DNA of 64,000 nt from Rebecca billardiae RCC1528 (lineage: Eukaryota; Protista; Haptophyta): positions 1,426,001 to 1,490,000 of the forward strand of contig OZ251230.1 in NCBI GenBank assembly GCA_965240325.2. Reading direction: 5' to 3'. Of the stretch, positions 34,105 to 45,003 are shown piece by piece. The notes beneath the pieces are model-generated. The model ran no database searches. It was not told where the DNA came from and saw nothing but the letters and a program-made list of their open reading frames with translations. Numbering within the stretch: the stretch's first letter is position 1; the number at the start of each line of letters is the position of its first letter. A program made the translations under genes and the position numbers.

Positions 34105-35013
34105 GTGGGTGCTCGTCAACTCGAGGCGCGCGCGACGGCGGGCGCGGCCAGGGTCGTGGTCGCCTTCCCAGCCAAGCTGGCCGGCATGGTCGGCCTGAAG
34201 CACCGCAAGTGCGATCACACGGGCTGCACCACGCGGCCTCACTTCGGCATGCCAGGCGACATGCGTGCCAGCCGGTGCGCTGCGCACAAGCTGGCCGGCA
34301 TGGTCGACCTGAAGAGCCGCAAGTGCGATCACACGGGCTGCACCACGCAGCCTTACTTCGGCATGCCGGGTGACGCGCGTGCCAGCCGGTGCGCTGCGCA
34401 CAAGCTGGCCGGCATGGTCGACCTGAAGCACCCCAAGTGCGATCACACGGGCTGCACCGCGGGGCCTTCATTCGGCATGCCGGGTGACGCGCGTGCCAGC
34501 CGGTGCGCTACGCACAAGCTGGCCGGCATGGTGAACGTGAGGAGCCCCAAGTGTGATCACACTGGCTGCACCACGCGGCCTAACTTCGGCATGCCGGGAG
34601 ACGCGCGCGCCAGCCGGTGCGCTGCGCACAAGCTGGCCGGCATGGTCGACCTGAAGAACCCCAAGTGCGATCACACGGGCTGCACCACGCGGCCTTCATT
34701 CGGCATGGCAGGCGACGCGCGCGCCAGCCGGTGCGCTGCGCACAAGCTGGCAGGCATGAAGAGCCATCGGAGTTCAGGTCGGCACAAGCGCGGGCTGCAG
34801 CAAGACATGAAGAGCCCCAACGAAGTGATGAGCGCCGCCAAGCGACAGCGAAAGCGCGCCAGCAGCACAGCCACTGCTCCGGACGTTGTGGCAGCGCGGC
34901 GGCCGCGATCATCGCAGCTGCCGCAGCTGGTCACAGCCAGCGTCGTCTCGACGCCGTCGTGTGAACGACCCGTGGTGATGGCCAGGCGTGTGACCGAGGG
35001 GAGCCGGGCCTGA
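34105..35013 (+). CDS. EsV-1-7-type cysteine-rich repeat protein (5 repeats of 38 aa) with a basic NLS-like tail
   Basis: 114-bp tandem repeats encoding C-x4-C-x16-C-x2-H-KLAGMV; tail contains AAKRQRKR and ends near PVVMARRV. True start uncertain (first ATG 34186; possible acceptor ttcccag just upstream). Confidence 0.8.
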   Translation: MGARQLEARATAGAARVVVAFPAKLAGMVGLKHRKCDHTGCTTRPHFGMPGDMRASRCAAHKLAGMVDLKSRKCDHTGCTTQPYFGMPGDARASRCAAHKLAGMVDLKHPKCDHTGCTAGPSFGMPGDARASRCATHKLAGMVNVRSPKCDHTGCTTRPNFGMPGDARASRCAAHKLAGMVDLKNPKCDHTGCTTRPSFGMAGDARASRCAAHKLAGMKSHRSSGRHKRGLQQDMKSPNEVMSAAKRQRKRASSTATAPDVVAARRPRSSQLPQLVTASVVSTPSCERPVVMARRVTEGSRA

Positions 35014-35549
35014 GCAGCAGCATCACACTATTCACAGCTGCTGTCTGTCGTCACGGGACGGCAAGGGCACCCGGCACCGTAACGGGCGTAAGGTAATCTC
35101 GCCTGCCTGAGCTGTGTGCGTCTCTTAGTCTTAGTAAACTGTAGGGCTGTCATTTGTCAACCGTGAGTCCGTGACCGTCCCTGAGTCTCAGTCTCTGGAC
35201 TGACGACTGGACTCTGACTCTTCACTCTCACCCGCGGGAGCCGAGCCCGAGTCCGGGCGCCGTGTGAGTGTCGGGCGCGTCAGCCTGCTGATCGATCACT
35301 TCGGCGTCAGGCCCGATCACGGTCCAATGCGACCAATGCCTGACTGATCGGCCGCGGAACTCGGACGGTCTCGCCATTCCGACTCCGAGTGGCAGATGAC
35401 GCCCCGACGACCACCGGGCGGGGCCGCCGGCGGCGGCGTCACGCCTGATGCCCGTGAATACCCAAGGGGAGAGCGGGAGGAGAAGATGGGGGGGTGATCA
35501 GAACGGTTGTGTTATGGACAGAGGTGCACACTCGTCAGACCACACCGGC

Positions 35550-35945
35550 TCAGAACGCCGCGGGCAGGCTCGCCATGTCCTTCAGGCTGGTGAAGTCCGA
35601 CACGATAACCTTGCCATCAAAGCCGGGCGCGCCCGCCCTTGAGTGCGCGCCGAGGAACGTGCCGAAGCCCGCGCCCTCGCACGAGCCCTCGTGGACGTAC
35701 GCCAGCTCTGACTCGTACGGCGCGCATGCCTGCCGACAAAAGGAAGACCCGAGCATGGGCATCCAGTGGACCTGCATGGTCGTCGGTGAGCACGCATGCG
35801 GCGTTGGCCGCACGTGCGCCAGCTTCTCGACCAGGTCGGAGGCGACGTCAGGGTCGGTCTCGGCGGAGATAATGGCGCCGTCCCGATCGCGCACGATCAC
35901 CGCGGCCTGCGCGGATGGCACAGCGGACGACTCACCCTGCCCCAT
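35550..35945 (-). CDS. Small hypothetical protein with an N-myristoylation-like start (MGQGESS)
   Basis: ATG at 35945 gives MGxxxS; protein-like composition; possible short in-frame intron 35772-35813. Confidence 0.45.
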   Translation of the reverse strand: MGQGESSAVPSAQAAVIVRDRDGAIISAETDPDVASDLVEKLAHVRPTPHACSPTTMQVHWMPMLGSSFCRQACAPYESELAYVHEGSCEGAGFGTFLGAHSRAGAPGFDGKVIVSDFTSLKDMASLPAAF

Positions 35946-36370
35946 CGCGCGGTCGTATCGAGAGAATGAACTGCACCGGTGGCCGCTTTCACCAGTGCCA
36001 ACCGCGTGGCTCGTGCGCAGCTCGAGCAAGCGGCCTGTTCAAATTCTGTTGCCAGCCGCGCACGCGACGCGTAGGAAGGGGATCGGCCGCCGCGAGTTCG
36101 GGACTATGGAAGAAACGGAACCCATGTGGTCAGCCGCTCTTCCGGTCGCTCCCATTCGTCAAGAATGCAATCAATATGCGTGACTGTCATATGAAAGTAG
36201 AGCCCCGATAGTGCTCGATGCCTCGATCATCACGGCGTCCGGCATATCAACCTATGAAACACATTTTCGACAAGAGGTTCTCGTCATCATTATGGCGTCC
36301 GACCGTGTCGCCGTCGTCAGACCAAATCACGCCGCTTGCGTCTGCCAGAGGCGCAGAGCGGCGTGATGAG

Positions 36371-36446
36371 TGGCGAGCGCCTTACCTCGCACGTCTCCGA
36401 ATGCCACTCTGCTCATTCGGAAACGTGTGAGGTGAGGCGCTCGCCA
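36371..36446. other. Long near-perfect hairpin (33-bp stem, 10-nt loop)
   Basis: tggcgagcgccttacctcgcacgtctccgaatg-ccactctgct-cattcggaaacgtgtgaggtgaggcgctcgcca; 30/33 Watson-Crick pairs, plus 2 G-U on the + strand. Confidence 0.8.
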
Positions 36447-37183
36447 GCGCCACCTCGGACTCTGGAACTGCCCACGTCTCCGAGTATCTCGGCCGCGCCG
36501 CGGCGGCCCCTGCGTACGTACTCGAGGGGGAAGAGCTCGGTACGAGGAGCAATAGACGAGCCGCGCATTGCGGGGCGATCCCGGCTTGTGACCAAGGTCT
36601 CGATTCCTTGCGGCGCCCAATTTCGCACTCCTGCTGAGTGATGTGCACGGCCCATTTTGCAACCTCGTGCTGATGTATGCCTCACATCTGGACGTGAAGG
36701 CAGCCATAGTGCGTACCAACGCGGTGTGCCCAACCGCCTGGTAACCCCTGTGGCCCGCAATGGCCTGCTCCTTCCCACGGCGTTCGCTGCCGTCCGCGCT
36801 CGGCACGGTCCAGCAGTGCAGCACGCGGAGCGGCGCGGCGGCATCACACGCCTGCAGTTTGGGCAACTTTTGAAGCGGCTGGCCAGTTCGTCACGCAGAG
36901 GCCGTGCGATCATGCACATCACCATTTCTGCCCCGCGGGCCCGAGACGTGACGGTCGCAGACGGCAGGCGGCCCACCCCGTCGTGGTCCGGCCTCCCAAA
37001 GCTGGTTTGTTGGAGCGTGGAGTGAGTCCGTGAGCAACCGTGCTGGTGAGTCCGTGACGACTGACGCTTGCGGGACGGAAAGGCGCGCACCCGCCCAAGC
37101 TGAAAGCGAAGACTCGGGCGGCGGCCGCGGCCCGCGGGCGGCCGCGCGCCGCGCGGGGCGCTTCTCAGGCTTTCAGCGGTCCG

Positions 37184-38545
37184 ATGACGACGCGGAGCGT
37201 CGCCTTGTCCGTCGGCGCGCTCGCCGCGACCGCGGCGGTCGCGGTGGTGCTGGTCGTACGGCGGCGCGCGCGCGCGCGATCCAGCTCATCGAGTGCGAGC
37301 CCAGTCACGTCGCCTACGCTTCGCAAGCTGCCATCCGTCGCGCCGAGCGCGCCCGCGCCCGCGCCCGTCCTTGCCCACTCGCTCACCGCGGAGACTGTGA
37401 AGCTGATTGAGGCGTCCACGCCGGTGGTGGGCTCTCTCGAGGCGGCGCGCATCTTCTACACCGGCCTCTTCGAGGCCGAGCCCGAGCTGCGCACCCTCTT
37501 CAAGGACCCGACGGCGCAGGAGCGCAAGCTGGTCGGCATGCTCAAGTGGGTGAACGCGACCATCGGCGAGCCGCAGAAGCTGCACACGGGCCTGCGCGAG
37601 CTGGGCGAGCGGCACGTCAAGTACAATGCGCAGCTGAGCCACTTCCGCTCGATCAAGGCCTCGTTCCTCCACATGGTCTCCATCGTCGACCAGCAGTCCC
37701 TCGAGCGCGGGATCGTCGCCGACGAGGACGAGGAGGACCAGTCGACGTCCGGGCGGAGCGGCAGGCGCTCGAGCGACGCGTCACGCGCGCCGTCGGCGGT
37801 GACGCCCAAGCCGATCGACCGCGAGCAGCGGCTGCGCGAGGTCTCGCGCGCGTGGGAGGCCCTGCTCTACGTCTTCGTGGGCGAGATGGGCCCGGCGATG
37901 CTCCTGCAGGAGCAGCTGGCAGGATTTCACGCCGCGCTCAAGAACGACCTCGCAGCGCCGGCGGGCGGCACGTGCGTCGCGCTGGCGGGCGCGCAGGGGG
38001 CGGCGCTGGTCGCGATGGCGGCCGCGCTCACGCGCGCGCCTCGATCAGGCTCGCGCGAGCGTGGCTTCATCGACGCGGCCGTGCACAAGCTCGAGGCCGC
38101 GACCTCGGCACTTGAGACGCTGGCCAGTGGGGACATGGCCGCGTACTGCGCGGTGATGGCCGCTGTGCGCCAGCCGCCGCTCGGCGCGGCGGAGGCGCGG
38201 ACCGAGGCGATCGCGACGGCGCTCGAGTACGCGGCGCGCGCACCGCTCCAGGTCGCGCAGTGGGCGGCGTACGCCCTCGACGTCGCCCGCTGCATCGCCC
38301 CCCTCGCCGCCAACTCTGGCGTGGGAGATCTAGGCGCGGGGGCGTCTCTGCTGGTCGCGGCCGGCCGCACCTCCGTGCAGAACGTTGGGATCAACACGGG
38401 CGCCAAGCTGGCGCGCCACGGGGGCAGGCGCTGGCATCGCGACGTGCAGCGGCGCGCGCTCGAGGTCGGCCGCGAGATCGATCGGCTCGAGGCCGAGGTG
38501 AACACGCTGGTGTCGCGACGCATGCGCGCGGCTACCAGTGGCTAG
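37184..38545 (+). CDS. Membrane-anchored globin / formiminotetrahydrofolate cyclodeaminase (FTCD_C) fusion protein
   Basis: N-terminal TM (VALSVGALAATAAVAVVLVV-RRR); globin (IFYTGLFEAEPELRTLFK..AQERKL..LRELGERHVKY..HF..AWEAL); FTCD_C (APAGGTCVALAGAQGAALVAMAAALT..GDMAAYCAVMAA..ALEYAARAPLQVA..DLGAGASLL..NVGIN). Single uninterrupted ORF. Confidence 0.82.
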   Translation: MTTRSVALSVGALAATAAVAVVLVVRRRARARSSSSSASPVTSPTLRKLPSVAPSAPAPAPVLAHSLTAETVKLIEASTPVVGSLEAARIFYTGLFEAEPELRTLFKDPTAQERKLVGMLKWVNATIGEPQKLHTGLRELGERHVKYNAQLSHFRSIKASFLHMVSIVDQQSLERGIVADEDEEDQSTSGRSGRRSSDASRAPSAVTPKPIDREQRLREVSRAWEALLYVFVGEMGPAMLLQEQLAGFHAALKNDLAAPAGGTCVALAGAQGAALVAMAAALTRAPRSGSRERGFIDAAVHKLEAATSALETLASGDMAAYCAVMAAVRQPPLGAAEARTEAIATALEYAARAPLQVAQWAAYALDVARCIAPLAANSGVGDLGAGASLLVAAGRTSVQNVGINTGAKLARHGGRRWHRDVQRRALEVGREIDRLEAEVNTLVSRRMRAATSG

Positions 38546-40151
38546 CTCAGTGCGCCGCGACTGCTCCATGCGGCGCCGCATGGCTAGCTCCACCAGTGGC
38601 TAGCTTCAAGCGCGGCGCATCATGCGGCGCAGCCTGCGCATGCCTCTGGTCGGAGCGAGCTGGCAGGGCCACGGGGCGCGGCCGCTGGTCCGGCTGGCCT
38701 GGCCGAAGCGGGGATACCCGGGTCGAGGGGTCGGGTCTCAGCAGTCTCCTCGATTCCTCGGCGGCCATCATATCAGTCTCAGACGTTCAGTGATTCACAG
38801 AACTGCCAGCCCCTAGGCCGTTGGGGCCGCAGCACCGAGCACGCGCCGCCGTGCGTCGGCGTTGGTATCTATACAGAATAATAAAATAAACTGTGATGAG
38901 GCGGCTGCGTTATTATTGGTCGCTTTCGGGAGTTGGACGCCGCTGCCCGACCGGTCAGTGTGCCTGTGTCACTTTACTACTAAGCTACTGTATGCTTTTC
39001 GAGAGGCCGCCCGAGCACTGACCGCCGGCGCCCGAGTCAGCCAGACACTACTGCTGACTAGTGACTCTGCAGTCTGCGTCGCTGAGGGTCCACGGGTGGC
39101 ACGGACGGACGCCCGTCAGGGTGCAGTCCGACCCATGTCTCCGACCACTCGGACCCGGGAGCGCCGGGACGGGTCACGGGTGACTCCGCCACGCCGTCCG
39201 GGCGGACCGGCACGGGCGGGGCGGCGGGGCGCGGCGGGGCCAGCTGGCAGCGTGGTGAGCGAGTGCCGCAGCAGCGTCACGACAATGTACTATATGTTTT
39301 AGTAAGCTAACGTGCGCAGTACTTCACTCGTGCGCGTAATAAGTCAGTAACGTAATATATATGCGGTTATTAGTTACATAATTTGTCGGCACTTCATTGA
39401 AGTCTCACAACTGCGTGGTGCCCAGTGGCCAGTCATGTGCAGTGGTGCGGACTCAGTCACTTCCTAAGTGGCACGGCCACTGGACCGTTGCTGTAGAGTG
39501 CTAACTACAGTACTATAATAAGCGTCTGCCACTAATCTGGCAGCCTGGCCAAGAAAACGCGCTCGGTGCGCTCCCCCGCTGGCTCGGCAAGCCATGGAGC
39601 CGATGGCTCTGGCGACTGCCTTTTGGTACGGCGCCTGTCGCGCGAGGCGAGCCGCGTGCCTTCACGTGCGGCCTGCGGCACGCCCGTTTTGCCCGGACGT
39701 TCACTGTCCGGCTCAGCCGGTGCGGCTGCAGATGAGTAAGTTACCACGAGCCTTCGGTCGTTTTCACCACATGAATATGGCACATCGGGCTCCCAGACCC
39801 AGGCCTCTGCTGGCCCGCCCGGTGAGCTCTGGCTCTGCGGCACCGCCGCCGTCGACCCGCCCGGGTCCGAGTGGTGCGGCCCGGTCGGGCGTGAGGCGTC
39901 AGCCGCGCCGGGCTCGTGCCAGTGAGTCGTGGCGGACTACCTGCGTCACTGCTTGCCTACATCATCGGCCGGTGCCACTTACTCGCCATCATCGGCCGGG
40001 GGCCCTGCTTCGGAGCATGCATCATCCCGGCGCTCGTCGACATCCGACAGACACAGCAGTGTATCAGACTGTACAATAGTTGTTGACTCTCCGAGCAGCA
40101 TGCCATCCCCCATGATCAGCAGGCATCACTCATTGCATCAGCATCTGCTGA

Positions 40152-41102
40152 TCATGATGGTGCGGTGACATCAGGTGGGGTGATCACTCCGGCCTCGACT
40201 AGCTTCGCGCACAGCGGTGTCTGCGCACCCACGGAGTACGTGATGCCACACCGCTCGAAGTGCGACGGATCCCGCTCCAGCCTCTCGAGCACGTCATCGA
40301 GCAGCATCGCCCTGTCCGCAGCCATCCCGCCACCGACCGCCGGGCAAGTCACGCAGTTGAAGTGCACATGGGCCACCCAGAAGGAGGGCAGGTAGTGGAA
40401 GTAGGCGCGCACCTTGGACGCGGGGATGCCGTACGCGGCGTGCACGCGCACCAGGAGCTCGTCGCGCAGGTTGCGTAGCGGCGCGGCGTGCTTCGCGCGC
40501 AGGTCGCGCACCGAGCGCACGGACGTGTCCCGGAAGAGAGCGAGCACGTACATCGCCTGCATGTCCTTGCCGTCCCACTTTGAGTCGCGCACGACGACAA
40601 AGTGCGAGTCCTCGTGGACGCGCGCGTCGTTCTCGGCGCGGCCCTCGAGGATGGCGTGTACCCACGCCGTCTGCTTCTCGGGGAGCGACTGCACGTACGG
40701 AAGCGTGATGTCGCGGTAGATGGCGGGCGTCTCGCGCACCACGTACGTCGGCTGCTCCGTGTACTTGAGGACGTCGACGTCGTTCGCGGGGCAGATGAGC
40801 GTGAGCGAAACACCCGTGCGCGCAGGGCCAGAGTGCTTCGAGAACTTGTCGTTGCGATGCTCCTCGGCCAGCTCGTTCTGCCCCCCTTCCACAAGCTCGC
40901 GCAGCTCAGCCTCTGTCCACGGCGACTTTGACGCGACGACAACCGCGCGCTCGGCGGCACCCGCATGGCGCCGAGCGAAGACGGCCGACATGCGATGCGC
41001 GTATGTGTCGTTGAAAAGCAGCCGCTCGAAGCTCAGGCCGGCCGGCACAGCCCCCCCCTCCTCCAGCTCGCGCTTCCGTCCAGCCAAGTCGTGTGATGAC
41101 AT
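40152..41102 (-). CDS. DCPS: m7GpppX diphosphatase (scavenger decapping enzyme)
   Basis: LICPA..KY..VVRETPAIY..ITLPY, WV..IL.G..E, DSKWDG, SVRDLR, HIT-like FHYLPSFWVAHVHF. Confidence 0.92.
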   Translation of the reverse strand: MSSHDLAGRKRELEEGGAVPAGLSFERLLFNDTYAHRMSAVFARRHAGAAERAVVVASKSPWTEAELRELVEGGQNELAEEHRNDKFSKHSGPARTGVSLTLICPANDVDVLKYTEQPTYVVRETPAIYRDITLPYVQSLPEKQTAWVHAILEGRAENDARVHEDSHFVVVRDSKWDGKDMQAMYVLALFRDTSVRSVRDLRAKHAAPLRNLRDELLVRVHAAYGIPASKVRAYFHYLPSFWVAHVHFNCVTCPAVGGGMAADRAMLLDDVLERLERDPSHFERCGITYSVGAQTPLCAKLVEAGVITPPDVTAPS

Positions 41103-41232
41103 GCTTGCTCACGGCCGGTCACGATGCCGGGCGTATTCCACACGCAGGCTGAGTCCGGGGCACTCCGAAAGGCGGGCGCGGAAAGCCAACCGTCGCCCGC
41201 CCCGGACTTTGCGCCTTGCTGCTCGCAGAGGC

Positions 41233-44200
41233 ATGGCGACTCGCGTCGAAGCCGCGGGCGCATCTGCGGAGGAGGACGAGCGCGAGGCCGCCGGCGCTGA
41301 AGCTGGCGACGGGGATCTGCCGTCGGCGCGCAAGGCCGTCGATCGTGATGCTGCCCGGCTCGAGCAGCAGCGGCTCGACGAGCTCCGGCGAGAGCGCAAG
41401 CGCGAGCTGGACAAGCTGCGCGAAGCGCAGACGACCCATCCCGCGGACGACGGCGCCGACACGTCGGGTGCGGCGAGTCTCGAGAGCCGGCTGCAGCTGT
41501 TGATGCGGCAGTCGGACCTGTACACGCAGTCGATGCGCGCGGGCGACGCCGTCGGCGCGGGCGGCGGCGGCGGCGGCGCGGCGGGCGGCGCGGGCACCGG
41601 GCGGCGCGGCAAGGGGCGCATGACGGAGAAGCAGGAGGACGCGATGCTCATGCAGACGGCGGACGGCTCGCAGGCGACGCACGCGCCGGGCACGCGGCTC
41701 ACCGTCCAGCCGGCCTCCGTCACCGGCGAGATGCGCTCGTACCAGCTCGAGGGCCTCAACTGGCTCGTGCGGCTGTTTGACAACGGGATCAACGGCATCC
41801 TCGCGGACGAGATGGGTCTGGGGAAGACGCTGCAGACGCTCAGCCTGCTGGCGTACCTCAAGTCGTACCGCGCGTTCCCTGGGCCGCACCTCGTGATCGT
41901 GCCCAAGTCGACCATCGGCAACTGGTCGCGCGAGTGCGCGCGCTGGACGCCCGAGCTCCGCTGCTTCAAGTTCCACGGCGACAAGGAGGCGCGCGAGAAG
42001 CTGCGCACCGAGGTCCTCGCCTGCATCGACTTCGACCTGTGCATCACGACGTACGAGGTGGCGATCTCCGAGAAGAGCGCGATCCGGAAGATCAAGTGGA
42101 AGTGCGCGCGCGCGCGCGTGTGCGCGCTGGGCGGTTGCGGCGCCGGGGCTGCACATGCTGAGCGTGCGCGCGCCCACGCCCGCCCGCCCGCGCCCGCGCC
42201 CTCGCCCGCGCCCTCGCGCCCGCGCGCGCCCACGCGCGCGCCCTCGCCCGCGCAGCTACCTGATCATCGACGAGGCGCACCGCATCAAGAACGAGACGTC
42301 GGTGCTCGCGCAGGTGGTGCGGCTGTTCGAGACGAACAACCGGCTGCTGATCACCGGCACGCCGCTGCAGAACAACCTGCACGAGCTGTGGGCAATGCTC
42401 AACTTCCTACTGCCCGACATCTTCTCAGACGCGGCCGACTTTGACGCGTGGTTTGGCGCGGCCGAGACGGGCGACGCGCCCGCCGACGAGTTCATCTCGA
42501 AGCTGCACAAGATCCTGAAGCCGTTCCTGCTGCGCCGGCTGAAGGCCGACGTGGAGACAGAGCTGCTGCCGAAGAAGGAGGTCAAGCTCTTCGTCGGCAT
42601 GTCCGAGATGCAGCGCACGTGGTACCAGAACATTCTGTCCAAGAACATCGACGCGCTCAACGCGGGCGCGAACCGCGTGCGCATGCTCAACATCCTGATG
42701 CAGCTGCGCAAGTGCGTGAACCACCCGTACCTGTTCGAGGGTGCGGAGCAGCCGCCGTTCACGAACGACGAGCGGCTCGTGCGCGCCTCGGGCAAGCTCG
42801 AGCTGCTGGACAAGCTGCTGCCGCGCCTCAAGGCGGACGGACACCGAGTGCTCGTCTTCTCGCAGATGGTGCGCTGCTGCCGCGTGCGCTGCTGCCGCGT
42901 GCGCTGCTGCCGCGTGCGCTGCTGCCGCGTGCGCTGCTGCCGCGTGCGCTGCTGCCGCGTGCGCTGCTGCCGCGGCCGAGCGCGAGCGCGAGCGCCAGCC
43001 GGGCGGCGCGCCCGCGGGTCTGGGCGGAGCGAGCGCGGCGCGGGCGGATCAACCGGCCCGACGGGTGTCGGCGCTCGCGCAGCGCCACCTCGCACCTGTG
43101 TGCGCTCACGACGCCCTCCCCGCCGCGCCGCGCCGCGCCGCGTGTGCGCGCAGACGCGGATGCTCGACATTCTGGAGGACTACTGCTACTGGAAGGAGTT
43201 CGAGTACTGCCGCATCGACGGCAGCACGGGCGGCGAGGCGCGGGACCAGGCGATGGAGGACTTCAACGCCGAGGGCTCCTCCAAGTTCATCTTCCTCCTC
43301 TCGACGCGCGCGGGCGGGCTCGGGATCAACCTGGCGACGGCCGACACGGTCATCCTGTACGACTCGGACTGGAACCCGCAGATGGACCTGCAGGCGCAGG
43401 ACCGCGCGCACCGGATCGGTCAGAAGAAGCGCGTGGTGTGCTACCGCTTCGTCACCGAGGGCACGGTCGAGGAGAAGATCGTCGAGCGCGCGCAGCGCAA
43501 GCTGTACCTCGACGCCGTGGTGATCCAACAGGGCCGGCTGGTCGAGCAGGACAAGCAGCTCGACAAGAACGAGCTGCAGAACATGATCCGCTTCGGCGCG
43601 GACGCGATCTTCCACGGGCAGGGCGTCGTGCGCGACGAGGACCTGAACGCGCTGCTCGCGTACGGCGAGCAGAAGACCAACGAGGAGCACCAGAAGCTGC
43701 AGTCCACCGTCAACTCGCTCGCCAACTTCTCGCTCACCGCGGGCGGCGCGGCCGAGAAGTCGCTGTACGACTACAACGGCGAGGACTTCCGCGAGCTGCA
43801 GCCGGAGGAGGGGAGCGGGCTGCACTTCATCTCGCTGCCGAAGCGCGACCGCAAGGCGAACTACGACGTGGACGGCGAGTTCGCGCGGCAGATGAACAGG
43901 CAGGGCGGCGGCGAGAAGGGCGGCGGGCGCAAGCAGTACTTCGACTTCCAGCTGTTTGACGTGCGGCGCATCGAGGAGCTGAGCGCTAAGGAGGCGGCGC
44001 ACTGGGCGCGCAAGCAGGAGCGGCGCGCGTCGCGCTCGGCGCGCGAGGAGGAGGAGGAGGAGGACGGCGGCGCGCCCGCGCTCACGCGCGCCGAGCAGCT
44101 CGAGAAGGCCGAGCTGCTCAAGCAGGGCTTCGCCGACTGGACGCGCAAGGACTTCAACGCGTTCGTGAGAGGCTGCGAGCTGCACGGCCGCGACAACCTG

Positions 44201-45003
44201 CGCGCCGTCGCCGCCGAGGTCGAGGGCAAGACCGAGCACGAGGTCGCAAAGTACGCCGCGTGCTTCTTCCAGCGCTCGCACCAGATCGACAACGCCGACA
44301 AGATCCTCAAGCGTATCGAGGTGCCGAGCGCGCCGCGCGCGCGGAGGCGACGAGCGGCGTGCCGGCGCCGAGGGCGGCGCCGGCGCGCGCCCGCGCCGCT
44401 GCTGACGCCCCCGCCCTGCCCTGCCCTCCGCGCGCGTGCGTGCCTGCGCGTGCGCGCACTGGCTGCGTGCGCGCGCAGGCGGGCGAGGCGAAGATCCAGC
44501 GGCGCATCGAGATCGCGACCGCGCTGCGCACCAAGGTGGAGCGGCACCGCAACCCGTGGGTCACGCTCAGGCTCAACTACGGCCCGCAGCGCGGCCGCCT
44601 CTACTCGGAGGAGGAGGACCGCTTCCTCGTGTGCATGACGGACCACCTCGGGTACGGCCGGTGGGACGAGCTGCGCGAGGAGGTGCGCCGCTCGTGGCTC
44701 TTCCGCTTCGACTGGTTCATCAAGACGCGCTCGGCGCAGGAGCTGCAGAGGCGCGTGGATGCGCTCGTCAAGCTCATCGAGAAGGAGAACGCCGAGCTGG
44801 CGGACGCCGAGCCCGAAGCGTCCAAGAAGCGCAACAACAAGAAGGTGCGCGCGCCGCGGCCGACGACGCCGCGCGCCGCGCGCGGGCCATGGCTGAGCGA
44901 GCGCCCTCCGTGCACGCGCGCGCGCGCGGCACTGCGCGCGCGACCGCACGCGTCGATGCAGGGCGGCGCCTCGACGAGCGCGGCGAAGCGGCCAAAGCGA
45001 TGA
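41233..45003 (+). CDS. ISWI: ISWI/SNF2H chromatin-remodelling ATPase (SNF2 helicase-HAND-SANT-SLIDE), 5 exons
   Basis: NGILADEMGLGKTLQT, IIDEAHRIKN, LLITGTPLQNNLHELW, STRAGGLGINL, DSDWNPQMDLQAQDRAHRIGQ, SANT GFADWTRKDF, SLIDE FRFDWFIKTRS. Inferred introns 42102-42255, 42869-43153, 44321-44478, 44845-44961. Confidence 0.96.
42869..42973 (+). repeat. Minisatellite (GTGCGCTGCTGCCGC)x7 at the 5' end of ISWI intron 2
   Basis: Seven perfect 15-bp units starting exactly at the inferred donor GT. Confidence 0.95.

Noticed and set aside
34186-34760. CRISPR-like array (regular repeats with variable parts), also at 62030-62470
   Set aside because: The units are 114-bp in-frame coding repeats with no unique spacers, no cas genes, and a eukaryotic context.
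38533-38606. Short direct repeats (ACCAGTGGCTAGCT x2) and an 18-bp palindrome after the globin-fusion stop
   Set aside because: Too short to support a functional call; could be a local duplication.
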